Assembly: GCA_031416075.1 (NCBI GenBank)
Contig: JANOSY010000017.1
Coordinates: 121,691-153,690 of the forward strand
DNA length: 32,000 bases
Source of the DNA: Candidatus Tenderia sp.
GTDB taxonomy: Bacteria > Pseudomonadota > Gammaproteobacteria > Tenderiales > Tenderiaceae
Direction: 5' to 3'
The notes beneath the pieces were generated by a model. It was not told the origin of the DNA. It made no database searches and worked only from the letters and a program-made list of their open reading frames with translations. The stretch's first letter is position 1, and the number at the start of each line of letters is the position of its first letter. Below, in pieces: positions 17,157 to 25,025 of this stretch. The translations under genes and the position numbers were made by a program.

Positions 17157-17617
17157 TGTTGCCGCTGATGTTACAGATCACAGAACGTTTAACCTCTGGC
17201 GAGCAGCATGACGACCGACTGATACTGCCGTTTGACCGACGCCAGAAGAGCCGCTTGCGGGTTACGCTGGAGTCTGGCACCGAGGCCGGGCTGTTCCTGG
17301 CGCGTGGCACCCTGTTACGCGGCGGTGACCGGTTGCGCGGCGACGACGGCCGCATCGTGCTGATCGTAGCCGCAGACGAACCTGTGATGCGTATCACTGC
17401 CACAACCACACACCAGCTGATGTGTGCTACCTACCACCTCGGCAATCGCCATGTCCCGCTCCAGATTGGCGAGGGGTGGCTGATACTCGAACAGGACCAC
17501 GTCCTGCAAGAGATGTTGTTAGGGCTAGGTGTGACGGTCACCTATCAAAACGCGCCTTTTGAACCCGAGGCAGGTGCCTATGGCGGCGGACATCGTCATC
17601 ATCAGGATGGCGATTAA
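17156..17617 (+). CDS. ureE: Urease accessory (nickel chaperone) protein UreE
   Basis: Its ATG overlaps the ureC stop (TGATG). UreE-like core (YHLGNRHVPLQI) and a His-rich tail (GGGHRHHQDGD). Confidence 0.85.
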
Positions 17618-17651
17618 AAATCCGCACCCAAAGCACCATGTGGAGCAGGTT

Positions 17652-17727
17652 TTTCGTGGCGAAATTGTCGAACCATAGACGGAGGACGATTAACGTCACC
17701 AGCCCTTCGACAGGCTCAGGGCGAGCG
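17652..17727. repeat. Hairpin repeat element A2 (same family as 8823-8913)
   Basis: TTCGTGGCGAAATTGTCGAACCATAGACGGAGGA...TTAACGTCACCAGCCCTTCGACAGGCTCAGGGCGA is collinear with A1. The right core is perfect at 17706-17718 and the left core is degenerate. Confidence 0.8.
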
Positions 17728-17729
17728 GA

Positions 17730-17942
17730 GGATTTATTCAGAGGTTCGTTAAAAATTATTTATGCGGCTGTCATCATGATCAAAGGACAGCTAAAGATCG
17801 AGCCGTGCGGTTGCCATCTTCATGATCAAGGAACGATTAAAAATCCAATCGTGCAGTGGCCATCGTTGTTATCAGGAGACGGACAAAAATCATCATCAAG
17901 AGAATGTTAAAAGCTGTCATTATCAGAAGGCACCCAATAATC
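17730..17942. repeat. Array of about six degenerate copies of a ~24-nt motif (approx. TCATGATCAAGGAACGATTAAAAAT)
   Basis: Copies at about 17737, 17774-17798, 17820-17844, 17865-17889, 17890-17912 and 17916-17941. The first two full copies share TCATGATCAA exactly. Spacing is irregular (20-46 nt). Confidence 0.55.
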
Positions 17943-17997
17943 CGTTCGTCCTGAGCCTGTCGAAGGATGAACGGATTAACTAAAAAGGATAAACAAA

Positions 17998-18363
17998 ATG
18001 TTTTGGGTCTACATTCTCCGCTGTGCCGACGGCAGCTATTACACAGGGCACACCGACAATCTTGAAAGACGAATGGGACAATACCTGGCCGGAGAGTGTG
18101 AGGGCTATGTCTCAACACGTCGTCCAGTGGAACTTGCCTGGTCGCAGGAGTGTGTCACCAGAGAAGAGGCCTTAACCGCTGAGATGCAGATCAAAGGATG
18201 GAGCCGTAAGAAAAAAGAGGCCATGATGCGCAGCGACTGGACGGAAGTTTCTCATTTAGCAAAAAGTAAATCGTCCATCCTTCGACAGGCTCAGGACGAA
18301 CGGCCTGCCTCACGTAGTGCTTTGGGTACGGATTTAACTCTGCTGCGGAGTAATAAAAGTTGA
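17998..18363 (+). CDS. Small GIY-YIG (URI-domain) nuclease family protein
   Basis: FWVYILRCADGSYYTGHTDNLERRMGQY (GIY ... YxG ... R) and a downstream REEALTAEMQIKGWSRKKK match the stand-alone GIY-YIG / UPF0213 pattern. AAGGA RBS. The C-terminal ~30 aa (SILRQAQDERP...) are a read-through of the right-hand repeats. Confidence 0.8.
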   Translation: MFWVYILRCADGSYYTGHTDNLERRMGQYLAGECEGYVSTRRPVELAWSQECVTREEALTAEMQIKGWSRKKKEAMMRSDWTEVSHLAKSKSSILRQAQDERPASRSALGTDLTLLRSNKS

Positions 18364-18430
18364 TTAGCCACTATTTTCATATTGCATCTCAATGCAGATG
18401 CCCTGCATCCACAATTACGGTCGCACCATC

Positions 18431-19132
18431 ATGATTGATTCACTCGCACTCGCCCGACTGTTACAACTGGCCAGCCCGATGTTGCCGGTGGGCGCCTACA
18501 GCTACTCCCAAGGTTTGGAGTGGGCCATTGAAGAGGGCACGGTGTACGACGCCGCCACTGCCGAGCAGTGGATCGGTGATGTGCTCGAATTTTCACTCGG
18601 CAGCTTTGAACTGCCGTTGCTGTGGCGCATGTGTCACGCCTGGCAGTTGCAGGATCAACAACAGATCAACCACTGGAACGATTTTTTCTGTGCCGGACGC
18701 GAGACCGCCGAGTCCCATGCCGAAACATTGCAGATGGGTTATTCACTGCGGCGGCTGCTCAATTCACTAGAGTCGTTGGAATCCATTGGTGAAGGGCAAA
18801 CATCACCACTGCAACAGCTGCAAGAGATCTCGCCAATCAGCTTCCCCACCGCCTACGCCTGCGCCGTGGCCAGTTGGAAAATCCCGATTGACGCAGCGCT
18901 GCAAGCCTACGCCTGGTCGTGGCTCGAAAATCAGATCAGCGCCGCTATAAAAACTATTCCGCTGGGGCAAACCGATGGTCAGCGCACCCTATTTGCATTG
19001 GCAGGACGCCTGCCGCAATTGATAACACACGCCTGCATACTTGAAGACGATGAGATCAGCAACTTCGCTCCCGGCCTCACCTTTGCCGGATGCCGCCACG
19101 AGACTCAATACAGCCGTCTATTTAGATCATAG
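18431..19132 (+). CDS. ureF: Urease accessory protein UreF
   Basis: LARLLQLASPMLPVGAYSYSQGLEWAIE is the characteristic UreF N-terminus. ATG 18431 is preferred over 18392. Confidence 0.88.
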   Translation: MIDSLALARLLQLASPMLPVGAYSYSQGLEWAIEEGTVYDAATAEQWIGDVLEFSLGSFELPLLWRMCHAWQLQDQQQINHWNDFFCAGRETAESHAETLQMGYSLRRLLNSLESLESIGEGQTSPLQQLQEISPISFPTAYACAVASWKIPIDAALQAYAWSWLENQISAAIKTIPLGQTDGQRTLFALAGRLPQLITHACILEDDEISNFAPGLTFAGCRHETQYSRLFRS

Positions 19133-19197
19133 ATTTTCAGGAATTGTAACTGTTCAGAACTTGTCTGACATTGAGTTAAACCACTGGCCAATATGAT

Positions 19198-19231
19198 GTA
19201 GAGTGGATTAGCGTTTTTTGCGTAATTCACC
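19198..19231. repeat. REP-like hairpin in the ureF-ureG spacer
   Basis: GTAGAGTGGATTAGCGTTTTTTGCGTAATTCACC: an 8-bp stem (GTGGATTA/TAATTCAC with one G-T pair) around a 12-nt loop. Its architecture resembles GTAG-prefixed REP elements of gammaproteobacteria. Confidence 0.4.
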
Positions 19232-19335
19232 AAGCGTGCGAAGCACTCCAGCTATTTTTTAGCCGTGCTTTATCAAGGCAGAAAGATAAAGATGTTGAAT
19301 AGTTAAAAACTGTTTTATTAAAGGAAAATACAGTG

Positions 19336-19950
19336 ATGAGAAGAGAGACCCTACGCATCGGCATCGGTGGTCCGGTTGGTTCCGGCAAAACCGCACTGAC
19401 ACTTGCGCTCTGCCAGCAGCTGCGCCAGCGCTACAACATCGCCGTAGTCACCAACGACATCTATACCAAAGAGGATGCTGAATTCCTCACACGTAACGAG
19501 GCGTTGGCGCCAGAACGCATCATCGGCGTTGAGACCGGCGGCTGCCCACACACCGCCATTCGTGAAGATGCCTCCATGAATCTGGAGGCGGTGGATCAAC
19601 TCTGTCGTCGCTTTGAAGGGTTGGAGATCGTCTTCATCGAGAGTGGTGGCGACAACCTGGCCGCCACCTTCAGCCCCGAACTCTCCGATCTGACTATTTA
19701 TGTAATCGACGTCTCGGCAGGCGAAAAGATTCCACGCAAGGGCGGCCCCGGAATCACCAAGTCAGACCTGCTGGTGATTAATAAAATTGATCTGGCCCCC
19801 TACGTTGGCGCTTCACTCGAGGTGATGGATCGCGACGCCAAACGCATGCGCGGCGAACGGCCATTCTTTTTCAGCAACCTTAAAACCGGCCAGGGGTTGG
19901 ATGAGATTATTAAGTTCATTGAAGCCGAAGGGCTGATGGTAGCTCGATAG
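19336..19950 (+). CDS. ureG: Urease accessory GTPase UreG
   Basis: [16 protein letters not shown] (P-loop), [20 protein letters not shown] and the NKIDLAP motif are canonical UreG. Start is GTG 19333 or ATG 19336. Confidence 0.95.
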   Translation: MRRETLRIGIGGPVGSGKTALTLALCQQLRQRYNIAVVTNDIYTKEDAEFLTRNEALAPERIIGVETGGCPHTAIREDASMNLEAVDQLCRRFEGLEIVFIESGGDNLAATFSPELSDLTIYVIDVSAGEKIPRKGGPGITKSDLLVINKIDLAPYVGASLEVMDRDAKRMRGERPFFFSNLKTGQGLDEIIKFIEAEGLMVAR

Positions 19951-19985
19951 CGCGGCAAAAAACTCCGCACCTTCAGCTATGTTGA

Positions 19986-20432
19986 TCACTCCCCAATTTC
20001 TGGTTCAACAAGTTTTGCGAGTGCGGCAAGCGACTCCTGCCAACCGAGGTAACACATCTCGACGGGGATGACGTCAGGGATGCCCGCCTGCACCACATTC
20101 AACTCAGTGCCACAGGAGACCTGTTTCAAAGAGACCGTCACCTCTATCACGCTAGGAAGATTTGGGTCCTCGAATTTATCTGTATAGCGAATCAATTCGT
20201 TTGGCACCAGCTCCAAGTATTCACCGCCGAAGGAGTGGCTCTTTTGGGTAGTGAAGTTTGTAAACGACATCCTGAATGACCCGCCAACCTTGGCATCCAT
20301 ATGATGCACGGTGCAGGTAAAACCGTTTGGAGGAATCCACTTGGCCATGGCATCGGCATTGAGGAATGCACGATAAACCCGCTCCGGCGGTGAACGCAAA
20401 ACACGATGCAGACGAACAGTGTTGGTGGCCAT
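19986..20432 (-). CDS. SRPBCC / AHSA1 (Aha1-like) domain protein
   Basis: From the internal ATG (MATNTVRLHRVLRSPPERVYRAFLNADAMAKWIPPNGF...GGSFRMSF...GGEYLELVPNELIRYT), typical of the Activator-of-Hsp90-ATPase-homolog / SRPBCC family. GGAGAG RBS upstream of 20432. Confidence 0.7.
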   Translation of the reverse strand: MATNTVRLHRVLRSPPERVYRAFLNADAMAKWIPPNGFTCTVHHMDAKVGGSFRMSFTNFTTQKSHSFGGEYLELVPNELIRYTDKFEDPNLPSVIEVTVSLKQVSCGTELNVVQAGIPDVIPVEMCYLGWQESLAALAKLVEPEIGE

Positions 20433-20581
20433 GATTTTTCTCTCCTTTTGTTGTTGGGTTTCAGAATCTGTTTCGACACAGGACTTAAAGATATTACCTT
20501 GCACCTTTAAGCGCCAGAAGTTCACGACAACTGCCTATCCTGTACAGCATGAATGGTTAACATTCGGATCATAATCGTTTG

Positions 20582-21271
20582 TTAAATATGGCACTCATTG
20601 CTCAATAGCGACCTTATATCAACCGCATATTTCTGATAAGAATTCCAACCAAGTATCGAACAAATATTTGACGAATATGAAGTAATAGACTCTCTTTCAA
20701 GATCAAACGCAGGATCATTAAAATCTCCATAGTCATGATTGGTTGCCAGCGCTTTAAATATATTACGACTTATAATTCTCAGGCCACTTTTATCATCGAA
20801 GTGGTTATACTGGTTGCGCCCTGCATAAATAACGAGGCCTAAAGGCACACCCCTAACAACCCTGCCAAATGCAAATTTTTTTATTATATTTATTGCATTG
20901 GATTTACTTTTTTCACCATTACAACCATGGCACAGATATAATAAGAAATCGTCGAACTTGCTGTTAATGGCATGCAGTTCAATTCCTTTAAACGCTATTT
21001 GTAAAATCGAACCTGAAATAACATGCATCGAAAACAAGCTGGCTTGATACTCTTCTCTCGCATACTTGGCGACCTCGAATTCTTGCCGCACTTCTGGCCT
21101 TGACCTCCACTCCTCATATTTTTTTTCAAATTCTCCTTCCTTGCCGTTATGGCGAAACACCGCTACAGGAGGAATGCTCATTCCGATTAAGCCCCTGTAA
21201 TAATCAATAGACTCAAACATGCTTTTTACTGCATGCTCAGTTTGATCTATGTATTGTTCTGAGCTGATCAT
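20582..21271 (-). CDS. Hypothetical alpha-helical protein with an RNxxxH (HEPN-like) motif; candidate RNase toxin or abortive-infection effector
   Basis: 229 aa, AT-rich. VIYAGRNQYNHFDD contains R-N-x-x-x-H, the Rx4-6H signature of HEPN RNases (Abi_2, DUF86, Csm6 and Cas13 share RNxxxH). I recognise no other family motif. Confidence 0.4.
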   Translation of the reverse strand: MISSEQYIDQTEHAVKSMFESIDYYRGLIGMSIPPVAVFRHNGKEGEFEKKYEEWRSRPEVRQEFEVAKYAREEYQASLFSMHVISGSILQIAFKGIELHAINSKFDDFLLYLCHGCNGEKSKSNAINIIKKFAFGRVVRGVPLGLVIYAGRNQYNHFDDKSGLRIISRNIFKALATNHDYGDFNDPAFDLERESITSYSSNICSILGWNSYQKYAVDIRSLLSNECHI

Positions 21272-21314
21272 TTCAATTTTCTCTTAACAGATAATCGCCT
21301 CAAAAGCGGGGCAA

Positions 21315-21566
21315 TCAAACATCCCACTTTTTTAGGTGGCAATCTGGAATATATACTCGGCTCTCGCATGAATGACAAAAAAAACTTAGCCGCGCATAAA
21401 ACACCGACACATCAACGGGGCATGTATTTAATTCTGGTGTTTTTGTCTGGTCTCTTACTTCAATGTCGCCGAATCGTGAAACACCAACAATCCAAAACCT
21501 TCCTTTCTCAACCTTGATCACACTGCTCACCGCAGAAATCGCCACTTCACCCACAACAGTGCTCAT
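21315..21566 (-). CDS. Small hypothetical protein (83 aa) with a Cys/His cluster, translationally coupled to amgK
   Basis: Its ATG overlaps the amgK stop (ATGA at 21563-21566). C-terminal CPVD...CHSC...CH may bind zinc. 43 nt upstream of the 229-aa gene. Confidence 0.45.
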   Translation of the reverse strand: MSTVVGEVAISAVSSVIKVEKGRFWIVGVSRFGDIEVRDQTKTPELNTCPVDVSVFYARLSFFCHSCESRVYIPDCHLKKWDV

Positions 21567-22555
21567 CTAACCTGTCGTGTCATCACCCGCTCCTCCAACA
21601 ATCGCCGCAGCGGCTGCAACTCCGGCACCCGCTGCACCACTTCCAACACATATTCCATGATGCGTGGAATATCTTGCAGATAGCCGGGTTTGCCGTCGCG
21701 GATGTTGAGGCGGGCGAAGATGCCGAGCACTTTGAGGTGGCGTTGCACGCCCATCAGATCAAACCATTGCAGCAGCTGTTGCTGGCTTTCGCCTGCGTTG
21801 ACGCCTGCGGTCATTGCTTGTTGGCGATACTGCGCGACCCATGCCTCTACACGTTGACGTGGCCAGGCGATGTAACAATCTTTGAGTAGTGAGACGAGGT
21901 CATAACTGACCGGGCCGATCACGGCGTCCTGAAAGTCGAGCACGCCGGGGTTGTGTTGGGTGGTGAGCATGAGGTTGCGTGAGTGGTAGTCGCGATGGAC
22001 CCAGACGTAGGGTTGTTGCAGTGACTGTTGCGTCAACCACTCCAGCACTTCATCCAGCGCGTGCTGTTGTTCTGCGGTCAATCTGATTTGCAGATGTTTT
22101 TCCAGGAACCACTCCTGGAACAGCGCCATCTCGCGCATCAATAAAGCATGGTCGTAACGTGGCAGCGCTGCGTCGGTGAGTTTGCCGTTGGCCTGTAGCT
22201 GTACCAGGGCGGTGATTGCGTCGCCGTAGAGTTGATCTGCACTCTGCTCATTCAGGGCGGGTAGGTATTGCTGATGGCCCAGATCACTCAGCAGCAAAAA
22301 TCCTTGCGTCAGATCCTGCTCCAGCACTACCGGCACGTTGAGGCCATAATCCGCCATGGCCGCTGAGATCTTGATGAAGGGGCCGCAATCCTCTTTCTCT
22401 GGCGGCGCATCCATGACGATGTGGCTCGTGCCCGGCAGCGTTATCCGGAAGTAGCGCCGGAAACTGGCGTCGCTGGAGGCGGGGGCGATCTGGGCACCAC
22501 TGATACCGAGTGTCTGCTCTACCCAAACGGTTAACTGTTCCAATCTTCTGTCCAT
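21563..22555 (-). CDS. amgK: Aminoglycoside-phosphotransferase-fold kinase, probably anomeric MurNAc/GlcNAc kinase AmgK
   Basis: APH/choline-kinase motifs (FRRYFRI, VWVHRDYHSRNLML, VLDFQDAVIGPVSYDL). It is divergent from lptD, which is where amgK-murU sits in Pseudomonas. Confidence 0.7.
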   Translation of the reverse strand: MDRRLEQLTVWVEQTLGISGAQIAPASSDASFRRYFRITLPGTSHIVMDAPPEKEDCGPFIKISAAMADYGLNVPVVLEQDLTQGFLLLSDLGHQQYLPALNEQSADQLYGDAITALVQLQANGKLTDAALPRYDHALLMREMALFQEWFLEKHLQIRLTAEQQHALDEVLEWLTQQSLQQPYVWVHRDYHSRNLMLTTQHNPGVLDFQDAVIGPVSYDLVSLLKDCYIAWPRQRVEAWVAQYRQQAMTAGVNAGESQQQLLQWFDLMGVQRHLKVLGIFARLNIRDGKPGYLQDIPRIMEYVLEVVQRVPELQPLRRLLEERVMTRQVR

Positions 22556-22750
22556 TGTGACCCTTTGTGACTGCTTTGCTGAACGACCTAGCCCCCGTTT
22601 GCCGCTGAAAAACGGGTATACTTGCCAACCTTATATATGAACATCAGCGTGTGGGCCTGACCATTTATGAATTCTGTAGTAAGTTACGATAAAACCCGTG
22701 ATTGTGCCATCTCTTCACTTGACTTCCGCAGCTGCTGACAGCATCTGTCG

Positions 22751-25000
22751 ATGTACAAATCCCATAAAAACACTCTTCTGATTCTTGCCCTCTCTGCTGC
22801 TATCAATGCCGCCCAGGGGGAAGAAAGCCCTGTGCTGTGGGGGCAGTGCCACGCCTGGCAGCTCCCTGAGTTTAGTTATCCCGGTGAGGATCGTGGTGAA
22901 CAGTCTGCCACTTTTCTGGGGGCGGACTCCAGTGAGGGGCGCGACAATGAGGTGATTGATCTGCTTGGCAACATTCGTGTGCAGCGCCCTGATCAGCAGC
23001 TGTTTGCCGATAAGGCCACCTACAACCGGGCGCTGAAGACGCTGGAGGTACATGGCAATATCCGTTACGAAGCGGCGGATTTTACCACCCAGGCCGACTA
23101 CGCACTCATAGCCCTGGAGGGTGGCAAAGGACGGTTTGAGAACAGTCAATACGTCATCCCTACACGCCACGCCCGTGGCAACAGTCGTGTCATTGACATT
23201 CAAAGCAGTGATCTGACGGTATTTCGTCAAGCCAGTTACACCACCTGTGATCCCGGCAATGAAGACTGGATACTGCGCGCCAGCAGTGTTGAGCTGAATC
23301 GGGGCAGTGGCATGGGCAGCGCCTGGAACGCCCGAATCGCTTTTCAGGGGGTGCCGTTTCTCTACATCCCCTATATTCGTTTTCCCATCACCAACGAACG
23401 GATGACAGGGCTGCTCGCCCCCACCTATGGCACTTCAAAACTGGGCGGTACAGAGCTGGCACTGCCGATCTATATTAACCTGCACCCTCAGCTCGACCTG
23501 ACCATCACCCCCCATAACTATACCAACCGTGGTTTGAAATGGGATAACGAGCTGCGCTACCTCAGCCACTATGGCAGCGGCAAGATTCACACAGAACAGA
23601 TCGATGATGGCGTCTATGGCCAGGAGCGTCGCCTGTTTGAATATAACCACACGGGCCAGCTAACAGGCGACTGGAGCAGTGACCTGCTCTACAACCGTGT
23701 CTCTGACCGCTACTACTTTAACGATTTTGGGAACTCACTCAGCGTTAGCAGCCTGACCCATCTGGAGCGTCACGCCCAGCTGACACACGCTGATCGTTAT
23801 GGTCGTTTTTTCATTCAGGCCCAGGGGTTTCAAACCATTGATGACTCCACCCCGTACAGCGAGCGCCCCTATCGCCGCCTGCCACAGCTCACCTATACCA
23901 GCGTACCGTATGGCATGGGCGCACTACGGCTGAACCTGAACAGCGAGCTGGTCCGTTTTCAACAGCATGAACGGCTCACTGGCAGCCGTGCCAACCTCAC
24001 GCCATCACTGTCGCTGCCTTATCAACGCCCGGCGGGGTTTATCACCCCCAAGCTCAGTCTCAGCCTCAGTCGTTATGCGCTGGAAGAGGCTTACAATACG
24101 CTCGACACCCGCACACTGCACCGTGTAGTGCCAATCACCAACATCGACAGTGGACTCTATCTGGAGCGTGAAACAACACTCTTTGGCGGCAACTATTTAC
24201 AGACCCTCGAACCCCGCGCCTTCTATCTCTACGTGCCCTATCGTGACCAGTCTGACTATCCGATATTTGACAGTGGCAGCTATGACTTCAGCAGCGCCCA
24301 GCTCTTTCGCACCAACCGGTTTGCCGGTACCGACCGGATTGGTGACGCCAATCAGATCACCGTTGCCCTCACCTCACGACTACTGCAACAACAGGATGGC
24401 TGGGAGCTTATGCGTGGCAGCATTGGACAGATCCAATATTTCAAAGATCGCCAGGTAACACTTACCGGCAATCAGATTGACAGCCGCAACCACTCCGAAA
24501 CCATTGTTGATGCTGAGTTTCACCCCACCCGGCCACTCAGCATCCGTGGCGATCTGTTCTGGAACAGTGACAATAACAGCGTCACACGACGCGATCTGCG
24601 CCTGCAATATATGAACGACGAACGCCACATTCTAAGTATTAACTATCGCCAGCGCAGCACACCCGACACCGTCGCCAATACCGCCGCACGGGAAATCGAC
24701 AGCGCCATTCTCTGGCCGCTCACCAGCCAGTGGAGTATCATTGGACGCCGCTACCACTCCCTTGATGATAACCGCACGCTGGAAAAACTGGCGGGGGTTG
24801 AATACAGCGACTGCTGCTGGGCGTTTCGTGCTGTGCGCCACGCCACCTTTGTAGAGTCCGCCGGTGCCACCAGTGCCCCCTACGGAACCTTGCGCTACGG
24901 CTGGTATCTACAGCTTGAGCTGAAAGGACTCACCAGCCTGGGCGACAGCATCGACAAACTGATGCAGGATAAAATTCTCGGCTATAAGGCCATACCTTAG
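22751..25000 (+). CDS. lptD: LPS-assembly outer-membrane protein LptD
   Basis: 749 aa with a signal peptide. Conserved segments (FQGVPFLYIPYIRFPITNERMTGLL, LEPRAFYLYVPYRDQSD, GDANQITVALTSRL, YSDCCWAFR) and the lptD-surA-pdxA-rsmA synteny. Confidence 0.93.
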   Translation: MYKSHKNTLLILALSAAINAAQGEESPVLWGQCHAWQLPEFSYPGEDRGEQSATFLGADSSEGRDNEVIDLLGNIRVQRPDQQLFADKATYNRALKTLEVHGNIRYEAADFTTQADYALIALEGGKGRFENSQYVIPTRHARGNSRVIDIQSSDLTVFRQASYTTCDPGNEDWILRASSVELNRGSGMGSAWNARIAFQGVPFLYIPYIRFPITNERMTGLLAPTYGTSKLGGTELALPIYINLHPQLDLTITPHNYTNRGLKWDNELRYLSHYGSGKIHTEQIDDGVYGQERRLFEYNHTGQLTGDWSSDLLYNRVSDRYYFNDFGNSLSVSSLTHLERHAQLTHADRYGRFFIQAQGFQTIDDSTPYSERPYRRLPQLTYTSVPYGMGALRLNLNSELVRFQQHERLTGSRANLTPSLSLPYQRPAGFITPKLSLSLSRYALEEAYNTLDTRTLHRVVPITNIDSGLYLERETTLFGGNYLQTLEPRAFYLYVPYRDQSDYPIFDSGSYDFSSAQLFRTNRFAGTDRIGDANQITVALTSRLLQQQDGWELMRGSIGQIQYFKDRQVTLTGNQIDSRNHSETIVDAEFHPTRPLSIRGDLFWNSDNNSVTRRDLRLQYMNDERHILSINYRQRSTPDTVANTAAREIDSAILWPLTSQWSIIGRRYHSLDDNRTLEKLAGVEYSDCCWAFRAVRHATFVESAGATSAPYGTLRYGWYLQLELKGLTSLGDSIDKLMQDKILGYKAIP

Positions 25001-25025
25001 ATTTGATCATCAACAGGTCACCAAT

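Larger units (their letters stand above)
17618..18335. mobile_element. 718-bp inserted cassette with nested inverted repeats carrying a GIY-YIG nuclease gene (putative non-autonomous or novel mobile unit)
   Basis: Outer IR: 17618-17636 AAATCCGCACCCAAAGCAC versus the reverse complement of 18317-18335, AAATCCGTACCCAAAGCAC (18/19). Inner IR: 17942-17974 versus 18272-18303 (28 nt perfect). TTAA abuts both ends (17614-17617 and 18334-18337). The cassette sits exactly between the ureE stop and ureF. Confidence 0.55.

Noticed and set aside
17638-17910. 90-aa ORF between ureE and the GIY-YIG gene
   Set aside because: It is composed entirely of translated repeat element A2 and the degenerate 24-nt motif array. 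It has no RBS and a low-complexity periodic peptide.
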